Source: an uncultured Bacilli bacterium (GTDB lineage: Bacteria; Bacillota_I; Bacilli_A; RF39; UBA660). Taken from it: a stretch of 64,000 nt of DNA. Below the pieces are notes generated by a model. It saw only the letters and a program-made list of their open reading frames with translations, was not told the origin of the DNA and searched no databases. The stretch is taken from positions 3,722 through 67,721 of the forward strand of contig CANQMV010000001.1 in assembly GCA_947625085.1 (NCBI GenBank). The letters are read 5' to 3'. This document shows, piece by piece, positions 39,126 through 49,846 of the stretch (position 1 is the first letter of the stretch; each line of letters opens with the position of its first letter). The translations under genes and the position numbers were made by a program.

Positions 39126-41166
39126 AAAGAAATTATTGATTTTTATCATTTTAGTTGCCCTTTTAGTATTTATTGCCTTATTTTTTATCTATTATTACCG
39201 AGAATCTAGTCTGCTAACTTCTGATGATAAAAAATGGATTAGTGAAAATGGCAGTAAGATGATTGATATTGAAGTTTTTAATGATGTTGCCGTTTATGGA
39301 ATGAATGGAAGTGGCATAGTTTTTGATTTTTTAGATTATGTAACTAAAGAAACTGATTTAAAATTTAATAAAATCCCTTATTTAAAAAGTGAAGGAACTA
39401 AAAATAGTTCTTATAAAATCGAGATTATTGATGGTAGCAGAAATTTAGATTCTAACCAATTATTTTTATTCGAAGATAGTTATGTTGCTGTTTCTAAAAA
39501 TAGTACAATTAAAATAAGTAAAATTCCTGATTTTTCTAATTATACGTTAGGTGTTTTAGGAACTGAAGAATCTAATATTAGTTATTATTTAAAAAGTGCT
39601 ACTAATGTAACTTATAAACCATATGTAAGTATGGAAGCCCTTTTTAAAGGTTTAGATGAAAATGAAGTAAATATGATAATTGTACCTAATATGTTATCTC
39701 TTGAAAATACAATTAGTAATGATAAATATTATTTAAATTACTTTTTTACAGATATTACTAAAAAGGTGGTTTTAACTTTAGATAATAATAACAAGCAATT
39801 AAACAAAATTCTAACTAAATATTTTAATTATTGGATGAATGAATATTATGTAAGTGAATATAATAAATTACTTTTAAATTACTATATTGAAAAGAAAAAT
39901 ATCAATGATAAAACGAGAGCGGATTTATTAAGTAAAACTTATGTATATGGTTATGTTGAAAATACTCCTTATGAAATTACTAAAGGTTCAAAAATTACTG
40001 GAATTGCAGCTGAATATATAAATCGATTAGTAAGACTTACGGATATTGATTTTTCATATCGAAAGTATAAGTCTTTAAGTGAATTAAATAAAGCAATCGA
40101 AAATGGCGAAGTAGATATTTATTTTGATTATATTGGTAATCCAAATTCTAAATATTTAAAAACCGTTTCAACTTTTATTGAAAATTATGTGGTTTTAGGA
40201 AGAACTGAAGATGATTATGTAGTTTCCTCTTTTGAAGGTTTAAAAGGCAATAATGCTTATATGCTTGAAAATAATAAATACTTATATAACTATATTAAAT
40301 CTAGTGCAATGGTTAATACCAATTTAGCTAAAAATATTAAAGACCTTACTAAAAAAGCTAAAGAAAATAAAGCCTTAATTATTCTTGATAAAGAAGTATA
40401 TTCATATTATCGTAATAAAGAGTTAAAAGATTTTGAAGTTATTTATTCAGATATTATGAGTAATGATTATTCATTTATGGTTAAAAGTGATAATAGTTCT
40501 TTTTATAGTTTATTTAATTATGTTATTAATACTAATTCTTATTATAAATATCGTAATAGTGGTTTAAATAATTTAAATTTATCTTTCTTTGAAACTTCTA
40601 GTTTTGAAGAAGTATACTTGTTAGTTTTAGCAATTATTTTAATTCCTGTTATTTCTTTAGTTATTATCTTTGTAATAATTAAAAATCGTCATAAATTAAA
40701 ACTTGTTAAAAAGGAAGATAGAAAGAAATATACAGATATGTTAACGTCTCTTAAGAATCGTAATTATTTAAATTTACAAATTGATTCATGGAATTTAAAT
40801 AAAGTTTATCCTCAAGCAATTGTGGTTGTTGATATTAATAATTTAAAATATATAAATGATAATTATGGTCGTGAAAAAGGTGATGCTTTAATTGTTAAAA
40901 CAGCTAGTATTTTAGTAAATACTCAACTTGAAAATAGTGAAATAATTAGAAGTGATGGAACAGAGTTTATTATTTATTTAGTAGGTTATAGTGAAGCCCA
41001 AATTGATGTTTATTTGAAAAAAATGCGTAAAGAATTAACTGAATTACCATATGGTTTTGGAGCCTCAGTTGGTTCAAGTATGATATTTGATAATATAAAA
41101 ACAATAGATGATGCTATAAATGAAGCCATGATTGATATGCAAAGTGATAAAGAAAGTTATCGTTAA
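39115..41166 (+). CDS. membrane signalling protein with large extracytoplasmic region and a degenerate GGDEF domain (RSDGTEF in place of RxGGDEF)
   Basis: N-terminal TM, a second TM near residue 500, then GGDEF-like blocks (LTSLKNRNY, DINNLKYINDNYGREKGD, RSDGTEF). Confidence 0.6.
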   Translation: MKNKKKLLIFIILVALLVFIALFFIYYYRESSLLTSDDKKWISENGSKMIDIEVFNDVAVYGMNGSGIVFDFLDYVTKETDLKFNKIPYLKSEGTKNSSYKIEIIDGSRNLDSNQLFLFEDSYVAVSKNSTIKISKIPDFSNYTLGVLGTEESNISYYLKSATNVTYKPYVSMEALFKGLDENEVNMIIVPNMLSLENTISNDKYYLNYFFTDITKKVVLTLDNNNKQLNKILTKYFNYWMNEYYVSEYNKLLLNYYIEKKNINDKTRADLLSKTYVYGYVENTPYEITKGSKITGIAAEYINRLVRLTDIDFSYRKYKSLSELNKAIENGEVDIYFDYIGNPNSKYLKTVSTFIENYVVLGRTEDDYVVSSFEGLKGNNAYMLENNKYLYNYIKSSAMVNTNLAKNIKDLTKKAKENKALIILDKEVYSYYRNKELKDFEVIYSDIMSNDYSFMVKSDNSSFYSLFNYVINTNSYYKYRNSGLNNLNLSFFETSSFEEVYLLVLAIILIPVISLVIIFVIIKNRHKLKLVKKEDRKKYTDMLTSLKNRNYLNLQIDSWNLNKVYPQAIVVVDINNLKYINDNYGREKGDALIVKTASILVNTQLENSEIIRSDGTEFIIYLVGYSEAQIDVYLKKMRKELTELPYGFGASVGSSMIFDNIKTIDDAINEAMIDMQSDKESYR

Positions 41167-42002
41167 TGAAAAAATTTAAAGCATATTTAAAAAGAATTAT
41201 AAATTTAATTAGGCTAGAGGAAATGAATATATTACCAGGACATCTAGCCTTTAATATCATTATAATGATTGTCCCTATTTTTTCAGTCATTGGTGTTTTA
41301 GGCTCTAATATTGGAATAAATCAAATAATGGCTTTACTATCTAATAATGTTCCAGATGCAGTTATGACGTTTCTAAAATCAGCTTTAGAAATAAAAAGTG
41401 GCAGTTTTAATTTATTCTTATTTATTATTTTTAGTTTATGGATGGCATCAGGTGGTTGTAGGGCAATAATATCAGCAAGTGATATGCTATATAAAATAAA
41501 AGTTAAAAATGAAGTTAGAAATTTAATTAAATCTTTTCTAATGGTTATTATTCTTTTTCTTTTAATTGGTTTTATTGTAATTGTACCCGTTTTAGGAGAT
41601 ATGATAATAAAATTTTTAGCTAGTATTATTAATGAAAAAATTATGTTAGTAATTACGAATTTATATCATTTATTAAAGTATCCTTTATCAATTATTTTGA
41701 TGTTTATTTTAATAAAAACTTTATATATTATTTCTCCAAGTATCCAGATTAATCATCGATTTATGAATAATGGAGCTTGGTTTACAACCATTTCTTGGTT
41801 TTTAGCAACTAGAATTTATTCTTTTCATTTAAATAATTATAGTAATTACAATCTTTATTATGGAAGTTTATCAAATATTTTAATTTTATTTGTTTGGGTT
41901 TATTTACTTGCTTATTTATTTACGATTGGTTTAGCCCTTAATGCTGATAATTATATGATTTCTTCCAAAAATAATAAAGAATTATTAAAAAAAGATGCAT
42001 AA
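41166..42002 (+). CDS. YihY/BrkB family membrane protein
   Basis: LPGHLAFNIIIMIVP motif and six TM helices. Confidence 0.8.
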   Translation: MKKFKAYLKRIINLIRLEEMNILPGHLAFNIIIMIVPIFSVIGVLGSNIGINQIMALLSNNVPDAVMTFLKSALEIKSGSFNLFLFIIFSLWMASGGCRAIISASDMLYKIKVKNEVRNLIKSFLMVIILFLLIGFIVIVPVLGDMIIKFLASIINEKIMLVITNLYHLLKYPLSIILMFILIKTLYIISPSIQINHRFMNNGAWFTTISWFLATRIYSFHLNNYSNYNLYYGSLSNILILFVWVYLLAYLFTIGLALNADNYMISSKNNKELLKKDA

Positions 42003-42028
42003 GATTTAAAGTTATGTATCTTTTTTCA

Positions 42029-43291
42029 TTAATTAAGAATATTTATTCGGTCAATTTTTTCTAAATAACTACTATCATTTAAAATACTTACTAAAACTTT
42101 CATGTTATTTTTACTTCCTGATGCATGAATAATATAATCTTTATTATCTAATTTACCAAGATATAGCATGACATGACCAGGTTGATATAAAAGAGCAGGT
42201 TCTTTATTTTTTATAATATCTAATTTTTCATTTTTACTTTTATCTTTTAAAGAAATAATTTCGCCAACACTTTTATTTTGTTCTTTAGTATTTCTTGGAA
42301 AATTAAAACCAAAAGTTCGGTAAATATTAGAAACGTAACTTGAACAATCAACATTTTGGTCCATTCCTCCCCAAGAATAAGGAGTATTTTCATATTTAAA
42401 AGCCTGAATTATAACATTTCTTTTAGTGTAATCTAAATAACCAATATGCGCTTTATCTCTTGAAATAGTTACTATTTCTTTTGTTAGATTATTATCTTTA
42501 TCTAATGTTGGAATTGCAACTTCGTATCCATTTTCATTAGTTTTTAAAAATGGTAATTTAACACTCATATCAAGAATTTTTTCATTTATTTTTAAACTTG
42601 ATTCAGTTATTATTACAAAATCTTTATTATTAAGAAAGAAATTTTCATCATCAAGAGTAAGTAAAGCAATATTTTCTTTTTTAACCCAACCAGCATAAGC
42701 ATTTGTTAAAACAAAATACCAATTTTTATCTTTACTTTCATGTAAAATTAATACTTTAGTATTAAGAAGTAATTCACTTTCTTGCAAATTATCAAAATTT
42801 TTCTCATTCTTTTCATCAAAAAAGTGAATATCTGTTGGAAATGATTTTAAATTAGTTCGATTTATAGTAAGTCCGGATTTAATTTCTTTAATATCTTTAA
42901 CATTTGCAATATCTTGATTTTCAATAATCATGGCAATATCATTTTTAGTTACTAATTTATCGTCATTATATTTAGGAAGTGTTGGTATTTGATAAGAATT
43001 GATATAATTTAAAATTTCTTCTTTTTTAAGACTTTTTATATTATTAAGGTCAAACATTGACTCAGATTTTGTAAAAATTTCAGCATTCATTTCGGAAATT
43101 TCATTGTAATTTTCTAAAATAATATTATCCATATTTTCTATAAAAACTTTAGCATTTTCAGGAATAGTTTCAATGTAATTACTTGGATATGAACTAACTT
43201 CTTCTTGATTTTTAGTTAAGTCTTTTTTAAAACAACCAGTAAGGCTAAAAGTAACTAGTAAAATAATTAAAAAATTAATTGTTTTTTTCAA
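42029..43291 (-). CDS. lipoprotein NlpC/P60 (C40) family peptidase
   Basis: TTG start gives lipobox signal MKKTINFLIILLVTFSLTGC. Catalytic Cys context VDCSSYV. His context GHVMLYLG. Confidence 0.8.
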   Translation of the reverse strand: MKKTINFLIILLVTFSLTGCFKKDLTKNQEEVSSYPSNYIETIPENAKVFIENMDNIILENYNEISEMNAEIFTKSESMFDLNNIKSLKKEEILNYINSYQIPTLPKYNDDKLVTKNDIAMIIENQDIANVKDIKEIKSGLTINRTNLKSFPTDIHFFDEKNEKNFDNLQESELLLNTKVLILHESKDKNWYFVLTNAYAGWVKKENIALLTLDDENFFLNNKDFVIITESSLKINEKILDMSVKLPFLKTNENGYEVAIPTLDKDNNLTKEIVTISRDKAHIGYLDYTKRNVIIQAFKYENTPYSWGGMDQNVDCSSYVSNIYRTFGFNFPRNTKEQNKSVGEIISLKDKSKNEKLDIIKNKEPALLYQPGHVMLYLGKLDNKDYIIHASGSKNNMKVLVSILNDSSYLEKIDRINILN

Positions 43292-43405
43292 AATTATCAC
43301 CTATTTTTATTTTATACTTAAATATGGAAATTATCAAATAATATTATAATTGTAAAATTTTAAGTTTTATGATATAGTATTTCTGCAAGTTAAGTGGGTG
43401 ATAGT

Positions 43406-44821
43406 ATGCAAGTACCAAATTATGAAGAGGCAAGAATTAGAAGCCGACAAGAGGTTTTGGTTAAAAGTTTTAATTTAGATAAGGATTATGAAAAAATTGG
43501 CCTAGGAAAGAAATTTTTTATAAAAACTTATGGTTGTCAAATGAATGAACATGATAGTGAAAATATTAAAGGAATGCTAAAGGCAATGTCATTTACTGAA
43601 AGTTTGACAATGGAAAAAGCCGATTTTATTATTTTAAATACTTGTTCTATTAGAGAAAATGCTCATAATAAAGCGTTTGGTATGTTAGGAAGAATTAAAC
43701 ATTTAAAAGAAAAAAGACCAGAGTTAGTTGTTGCTTTATGTGGTTGCATGGCTCAAGAAGTTGGAGTTATCGAAGAAATTTTAAAAAAATATCGCTTTGT
43801 AAATTTTGTCTTTGGAACAAATAACCTAAATGATTTACCTCGACTATTAACGGAAAGTTTTAAAGATATTAAAAAAACTTTAAATATTGAAGTTTATAGT
43901 AAAGAAGGGGATATTATTGAAGATATGCCTGTTGTTCGCGAAAGTAAATATAAAGCTTATGTTAATATTATATATGGCTGTGATAAATTTTGTACTTATT
44001 GTATAGTTCCTTACACAAGAGGCGGCCAAAGAAGTAGACGGAAAGAAGATATTTTAAAAGAAGTTCGGGAATTAGTTAAAGATGGTTATCAAGAAGTAAC
44101 TTTACTTGGGCAAAATGTTAATGCTTATGGAAAAGATTTGTATACTGATTATGAACTGGCTGATTTATTAGTTGATGTTAGTAAGACTAATATTCCAAGA
44201 ATTCGTTTTTTAACAAGTCATCCTTGGGATTTTACTGAAAAATTAGTTGAAGTTATAAAAAATCATGATAATATTTTAAATTTTGTTCATTTACCAGTTC
44301 AATCAGGAAGTAATCGAATTTTAAAATTGATGGGACGACGTTATACCAAAGAATCTTATAAAAAGTTATATGATAAATTAAGAAGTATCCCAAATATTAG
44401 TATTACAACGGATATTATTGTAGGTTTTCCGGGAGAGACTAAAGAAGATTTTGAAGAGACACTCGAACTTGTCAATTATTGTAAATATGACAGTGCCTTT
44501 ACATTTATTTACTCCCCAAGAGAAAATACGCCAGCTAGTAAACTTCCAGATAATACTAGTTTAGAAGCAAAAGAAGAACGTTTATATCAATTAAATGAAC
44601 TTATTAATAAATATTCTAAGGAGTCTAATTTAAAAATGGTTGGCAACGTTTATGAGGTTTTAACTGAAGGATATTCAACTAAAGAAGGAATGCTTTTTGG
44701 TTATACAGAAACAAACAAACTAGTTAATTTTAAAGGGCCAACTGCTGCAATTGGGAAAATTGTTAAAGTAAAAATTCTTGAAGCTAAAAGTTTTAGTTTA
44801 GATGGTGAGATAGTTGAATAA
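43406..44821 (+). CDS. miaB: tRNA methylthiotransferase MiaB family (radical SAM, with TRAM domain)
   Basis: Three N-terminal MTTase Cys residues, radical SAM CDKFCTYC, C-terminal TRAM. A ymcA-like gene lies downstream, as in the B. subtilis ymcB-ymcA arrangement. Confidence 0.8.
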   Translation: MQVPNYEEARIRSRQEVLVKSFNLDKDYEKIGLGKKFFIKTYGCQMNEHDSENIKGMLKAMSFTESLTMEKADFIILNTCSIRENAHNKAFGMLGRIKHLKEKRPELVVALCGCMAQEVGVIEEILKKYRFVNFVFGTNNLNDLPRLLTESFKDIKKTLNIEVYSKEGDIIEDMPVVRESKYKAYVNIIYGCDKFCTYCIVPYTRGGQRSRRKEDILKEVRELVKDGYQEVTLLGQNVNAYGKDLYTDYELADLLVDVSKTNIPRIRFLTSHPWDFTEKLVEVIKNHDNILNFVHLPVQSGSNRILKLMGRRYTKESYKKLYDKLRSIPNISITTDIIVGFPGETKEDFEETLELVNYCKYDSAFTFIYSPRENTPASKLPDNTSLEAKEERLYQLNELINKYSKESNLKMVGNVYEVLTEGYSTKEGMLFGYTETNKLVNFKGPTAAIGKIVKVKILEAKSFSLDGEIVE

Positions 44822-45149
44822 TAAAGAAGAAATACTTGCTAAAGTAGATGAGATTATTAATTTTATAAAAGAAAATAAAACTTATCAAGATTACTTAAAG
44901 GCTAAAGATATTTTAAATAATGAAAGTAATTTAATGGAATTAATTAATCATATTAAAAATTATCAAAAATTAATTGTTAATAAAAAAATAAATTCCAAAG
45001 ATGGTGAAAAGAAAATTAAAGAGTGTTTAGATATTTTAAATGAAGAACCAATTTATTTACAATTTATTGAATTACAAAAAGAAGTTAATAATATGCTAAT
45101 AATTTTTGAAAATAAAATTAATAAATATTTTGAAGATGTATTTAATTAG
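44814..45149 (+). CDS. YlbF/YmcA (RicA)-like protein
   Basis: Small helical protein in the position of B. subtilis ymcA after miaB. Confidence 0.5.
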   Translation: MNNKEEILAKVDEIINFIKENKTYQDYLKAKDILNNESNLMELINHIKNYQKLIVNKKINSKDGEKKIKECLDILNEEPIYLQFIELQKEVNNMLIIFENKINKYFEDVFN

Positions 45150-45156
45150 GTGGTTT

Positions 45157-45627
45157 ATGAGTGAAAATCTAGTAAAAATTTTAAAATTTGAAGACCAACT
45201 TGCAGATTTATTTGAAAATGGAATTGATACAACTAATACTAAAGGAGAAGAAATTGTGTTAGAAATTTCTAAATTATTAAAAAAGGCAAGTAATGATGAT
45301 TTATTATATCTCCTTTTAAATTGTAATTATATTCATAAAGTAATTGATGTAACAACATATTTTAAAAAATATAAAATTAATAAGAAAAATCTTGCAAGTG
45401 AGAAAAATTATAAGGAAACTTTTGAAAAATTAAGTTTATTTGTTGAAAGAATTCATGAAGCTTCTGTTTGTGAAAGTGAATATCTTTTTATCTGTTCAAA
45501 ATGTGATGTCGATAATATTGCTTCTTTTTTACTTAAAAATATGTCTAATGAAGATATAATGTCACTTTCAAATGCAAGTGATGATTGGAATTATAAATTA
45601 TTTCTTTTTGAAAATTTAAAAGCTTAA
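45157..45627 (+). CDS. hypothetical protein
   Basis: ORF with RBS AGGTGG before ATG 45157. Confidence 0.45.
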   Translation: MSENLVKILKFEDQLADLFENGIDTTNTKGEEIVLEISKLLKKASNDDLLYLLLNCNYIHKVIDVTTYFKKYKINKKNLASEKNYKETFEKLSLFVERIHEASVCESEYLFICSKCDVDNIASFLLKNMSNEDIMSLSNASDDWNYKLFLFENLKA

Positions 45628-45638
45628 TTTTTCTTATT

Positions 45639-45713
45639 GTCCTCATAGTATAAAGGATAGTACGGATTCCTCCTAAGAATTAAATGTAGGTTCGATTCCT
45701 ACTGGGGACGCCA
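45639..45713 (+). tRNA. tRNA-Arg (anticodon CCU)
   Basis: GTCCTCATAGTATAAAGGATAGTACGGATTCCTCCTAAGAATTAAATGTAGGTTCGATTCCTACTGGGGACGCCA. Anticodon loop CTCCTAA. Confidence 0.9.
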
Positions 45714-45965
45714 TATTGTATATAAAGAGCTGAAAATCAGTTCTTTTTTTATTAAAAATATTAGTTTAAATTAAAAAGGTGAAATTTGTTCACCTTTAAA
45801 CCTTTCTAAAACCTCGTTTTATAAGCTTTTTAAAAAAAACTTCTTTTTCTTAAAAAATAAAAAAAAGAGTATAGATTATTATTAGAGGTTAAGAATAACC
45901 TCATATTTCATGAAAAGGAGGTTTGATATCATGATATTAGAAGAAAAATGGAAAGGAGGATTTAG

Positions 45966-47036
45966 ATGTCAACAAAGATGTTAGAGAAAAAAAGAGCCTT
46001 AAAACCAGGGGAAATGTTAAGACTTTCTTATGATGAATGTTTTAAAATAATGTTTGGAGACCCTTCAAATATTGAAATATTAACTTTTTTTCTATCTAAA
46101 TTATTAGGAATTAGTTATGAAGAATTAGAAAACCATGTTACTTTATTACCTTTAAAAACACCTAATAATACAATAGGAGAGAAAATTACAGAACGAGATA
46201 TTGTAGCTAAAGCCGAAGTTGATAAAGTAAAAAAAATAATTTTAGAAGTAAATATAGATACGGAACATAAACTAAGTGTATCTGTAATTGAAAGAAATAT
46301 TTTGTATTTAGATGATGTATCTTCAAATGGAATAATAAGTAAAGATGAGTATGATAATTTACCAGATACAATCTTAATTAATCTAAATAATTTCTTTGTA
46401 AATACAAGAGAGAAAGTAATCGATGAATATATGTACCGCAATCAAGAAGGTGATATTTTAACAACCAGACATAAAATTATAAATATCAATATTGAAAAAT
46501 GCTACAAACTCTGGTATTATAAGGATTATGAAGGATTAAGTGAAAAAGAAAAAGCAATAGTAATTAGTGCTGCTGCACTTTGGATAGAAAAAAAAGAAGA
46601 ATTTAGTGATTGCTTAAAAGATTTAAAGACGAAACCTGAAATAAAGAAATTAATGGAAAAGGTGGTATTTAATATGTGTGAAGATGAAGAATTAGTAAGA
46701 AGATTCTATCGGACTGAAGAAAGCGATAAAAAATTAAGAGAAGCAATTATAAGAGAAAGGCGAGCAGAGGGTTTGGCCGAAGGACGTAAAGAAGGATTAG
46801 CTGAAGGCCTACAAGAAGGTTTAATTGAAGGACGTGAAAAAGGTTTAATTGAGGGACGTGAAAAAGGTTTAATTGATGGTCGCAAAGAAGGAATTACTAT
46901 TGGTAAAGAAGAAGCAAAACGAGAAATGGTTTTAAAATTATATAATAATGAAGTAGATATTAATACTATAAAAAAAATAACAGATTTAGAACTTACAGAA
47001 ATAGAAAAAATTATAAATGATGTAAAGACTAAGTAA
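45966..47036 (+). CDS. Rpn/YhgA-like PD-(D/E)XK recombination-promoting nuclease / putative transposase
   Basis: N-terminal FKIMFGDPSNIEILTFFLSKLL. D...E.Q/K-like block DIVAKAEVD...ILEVNIDTEH. C-terminal EGxxEG repeats (GLAEGRKEGLAEGLQEGLIEGREKGLIEGREKGLIDGRKEG). Confidence 0.8.
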   Translation: MSTKMLEKKRALKPGEMLRLSYDECFKIMFGDPSNIEILTFFLSKLLGISYEELENHVTLLPLKTPNNTIGEKITERDIVAKAEVDKVKKIILEVNIDTEHKLSVSVIERNILYLDDVSSNGIISKDEYDNLPDTILINLNNFFVNTREKVIDEYMYRNQEGDILTTRHKIININIEKCYKLWYYKDYEGLSEKEKAIVISAAALWIEKKEEFSDCLKDLKTKPEIKKLMEKVVFNMCEDEELVRRFYRTEESDKKLREAIIRERRAEGLAEGRKEGLAEGLQEGLIEGREKGLIEGREKGLIDGRKEGITIGKEEAKREMVLKLYNNEVDINTIKKITDLELTEIEKIINDVKTK

Positions 47037-47196
47037 TTTAATAAAAATTTAAATTTTAAAGGTTATGAAATAAAACTCATTACCTTTTTTAATTTAATGT
47101 AACTTTAAATAAAAGCTTATTAAAGAAAACAACTTTTTAAGGAAATTTCTTGATAATAAAATGAAATTTTGCTATTATTTCTTTGGAGGCAAAGTT

Positions 47197-47907
47197 ATGA
47201 CTGACAAAAGAGATATCTTAAACCGACAAAAAAGAATTATTAAAAATTTAAAAACTTTTTTAGATAGTAATTTAACAGAAATGGATTATTTTCAAGTTGA
47301 AGGTGAAAATTTAATAACTTTGAAAGAATATCTAATTGAAACTAGAAAAAAATTTCTTGAATATCAAAGTTTAATTGAAGAACCATTAAAACAAATTCAA
47401 ACTAAAAATTCTTCAATTATAAATATTATTCCTGATTATATAAACGAATATTTAAGATTATACATATTAAATTATGAAAATATTAAAGAGCCTTTAAAAG
47501 TAACGAAAATTGAAGATTTAAAGATGTTTATAGTAGATTATGATAAGGATTCATTACAATTTAATACTAGATTAGAAAGGTATAAATTTAATAGAAACCT
47601 AGATAAAGTAAACTATTTATATGATGAATTAGATAAAATATGGGAAATAGCTAATAACTTTTATTTTGATTTTAATATTTCATCCGTAAGTAAATTTTTA
47701 ATGTACCTTATGAATTATTTTTATGATGAAAATGCTGGTTATATTAGATTAGATATATCTTTACCTCGAGTTTTTGATGTTAGAGTTCAAAATGATGATG
47801 TCGAACTAATAGATAGAAAAGAAGGTTTTCTAAATAAAGATTTAATTAGTCAAATTGATAAAGAAAAACTATTAACTAAAATTTTTATTCCAACTAAAAC
47901 AAAATAA
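47197..47907 (+). CDS. hypothetical protein
   Basis: ORF with RBS TGGAGG. No recognised motifs. Confidence 0.45.
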   Translation: MTDKRDILNRQKRIIKNLKTFLDSNLTEMDYFQVEGENLITLKEYLIETRKKFLEYQSLIEEPLKQIQTKNSSIINIIPDYINEYLRLYILNYENIKEPLKVTKIEDLKMFIVDYDKDSLQFNTRLERYKFNRNLDKVNYLYDELDKIWEIANNFYFDFNISSVSKFLMYLMNYFYDENAGYIRLDISLPRVFDVRVQNDDVELIDRKEGFLNKDLISQIDKEKLLTKIFIPTKTK

Positions 47908-47942
47908 TTCAATTTATAAAGTAAGTAAATTGAATTATTTTT
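47906..47942. terminator. bidirectional terminator hairpin (AATTCAATTTA/TAAATTGAATT) between convergent genes
   Basis: 11-bp perfect stem, 9-nt loop, flanking T-run and A-run. Confidence 0.6.
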
Positions 47943-47946
47943 ATTA

Positions 47947-49704
47947 TTAATTAATATTAACAAACCAAATTTTAGAAATATTGGTATTATTACTTTCAGG
48001 AGTAGGATTAGGTTTTTCTATTTTTACCATAGTAGGTAATTTAAAAGCAGGACCAAAAACATAACAATAGCCAGGTTGAATAATTTGTAAGCGTTTATTA
48101 ATTTCATTAGTCATAAAAGGAATTAAATTTTTAATGTAATCTAAATCTTTAGGATGAGACATTTTAAAAATCAAAAAATTATTTACTTGAGATAAAGATG
48201 TTTCGGATAATTCAGTAGGTCTTTGAGAAATTAAACCTAAAAGAATACCATATTTACGACCTTCTTTACTTATTCTTTCAAAAATATTATAACCTAGTAA
48301 ATTAACATCATTATCATTTTGAACATATCTGTGTGCTTCTTCAAGAATAATATTAATAGGAAAACTAGCTCTCGGTTTTAAAGTTTTTAAAACATCAAAG
48401 AACATTTTAGAAATAATTTTAACGATTGTTTTAGCAAATCTATCATCAACATAATTAATATTAAAATTAATAATTTGGGCCTTTTTATTATTTTTAGTAA
48501 GAAGTTCATTAACAAAACTTTCTTTACTAATATAATTTGGATAATCAAAATAATTATTATATTCACTATTAACAAGAGCATGAATACGAACTTTTAAAAG
48601 ATTATTATTATCATAAACTTTTTCACTTTTAAATAAACCTTCACTGATAAGAGCAAAATCAATTGCATTTTCTAAATCTTTTAAAGTATAAGTAACATTA
48701 TTAAATACAGTATCTTCTTTGGTTTCTAATAAAAATTTTGTAAAAAAGTCAGTTAAAAGTTCCATTTCTCGAAGTTTACCATCGGCATCAATAATTAAAC
48801 AATGTTTTAAAGCCCTATTATAACCAGGTTGAGATAAAATTGTATTTAAATTTAAATCAGGTGTTTTATAAAAAGCTAAAATTGAAAAAACTTGGTCTCT
48901 TATTTGAACAGATGGTCTACCACTTAAAAGAATATCCATAATAGCTCTTGCTATAATATCATTCTTAATTTTTAAAATATTTTCATTTTCTTGTTTAAAA
49001 ATAGTAACAAGTTGAAGAGCTTTTTCAATTATTTTTAACTGGTCAGGAGTTGTGGCATTTAATAAAATTGCTAAATCATCTACATCTAAAAGATGAGGAG
49101 GAATTCTTAAAATATTTTCCCTTTCATCTAAATTAGTCGTATAACTTTTATAAGAAATATAAGGATTAATGGTTTCTAAATTTAAAAAGGCATTATGATA
49201 TTCTCCATAAGTATCAAAGATAAAAATATTGGCATTATAAGGAATGGTATTCGAATTTTGAAATAAATTTTGAATTATTTTAGCAATTGACCAAGATTTA
49301 CCAGAACCCGTACCACCTAAAACAGCAAAATGTGAACTAAAAAAGTTGTTAAGGTCAAAGTTAATTTTAATATTTTCATAAATTGGGCTATAACCTAAAT
49401 ATACAGTTTTACTTATTTGGTTATCTTGACTTAAAATATGGATAGCTTTATTTTCATCTATTAAAAATATTTTAGAATTAAAACTTGGTTTAGTTGTAAT
49501 TCCATATATAAAATTATTATCTATAACTTCTCCAACTAAATTACAATAAACTAAATTATCTTTAATATTTATTATTTCACCAATAATAATTTTTTTATCT
49601 TGGAATAAAACATATCTATTCATTAAATTAGTAGTATCTAAAACATTATTTTCAATTTTAAATACAATATCATTTTCATTAATTTCAATTATTTTTCCTA
49701 TCAT
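47947..49704 (-). CDS. HerA-like DUF87 P-loop ATPase with an N-terminal HAS-barrel-like region
   Basis: Walker A AVLGGTGSGKS. Walker B/DExH-like ILEEAHRY. FtsK/HerA-type architecture. RBS GGAGAT. Confidence 0.7.
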   Translation of the reverse strand: MIGKIIEINENDIVFKIENNVLDTTNLMNRYVLFQDKKIIIGEIINIKDNLVYCNLVGEVIDNNFIYGITTKPSFNSKIFLIDENKAIHILSQDNQISKTVYLGYSPIYENIKINFDLNNFFSSHFAVLGGTGSGKSWSIAKIIQNLFQNSNTIPYNANIFIFDTYGEYHNAFLNLETINPYISYKSYTTNLDERENILRIPPHLLDVDDLAILLNATTPDQLKIIEKALQLVTIFKQENENILKIKNDIIARAIMDILLSGRPSVQIRDQVFSILAFYKTPDLNLNTILSQPGYNRALKHCLIIDADGKLREMELLTDFFTKFLLETKEDTVFNNVTYTLKDLENAIDFALISEGLFKSEKVYDNNNLLKVRIHALVNSEYNNYFDYPNYISKESFVNELLTKNNKKAQIINFNINYVDDRFAKTIVKIISKMFFDVLKTLKPRASFPINIILEEAHRYVQNDNDVNLLGYNIFERISKEGRKYGILLGLISQRPTELSETSLSQVNNFLIFKMSHPKDLDYIKNLIPFMTNEINKRLQIIQPGYCYVFGPAFKLPTMVKIEKPNPTPESNNTNISKIWFVNIN

Positions 49705-49846
49705 ACTTATCTCCTATTATAAGTTTAACATAATGTTTAAAGAAGATACAATAAAAATATTAATTTATATTAAATAAATTAAGAATAGTTTATTAAAAAA
49801 TTGTTAAAACTAAAAATGAAAGCCAAGATTATTTTCATAATTTATC

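Noticed and set aside
46760-46900. Repetitive DNA (GAAGGACGTGAAAAAGGTTTAATTGA-like units) inside the Rpn gene, considered as a CRISPR or tandem repeat
   Set aside because: It is in frame and encodes the EGxxEG peptide repeats characteristic of Rpn/YhgA proteins. There are no spacers and no cas genes.
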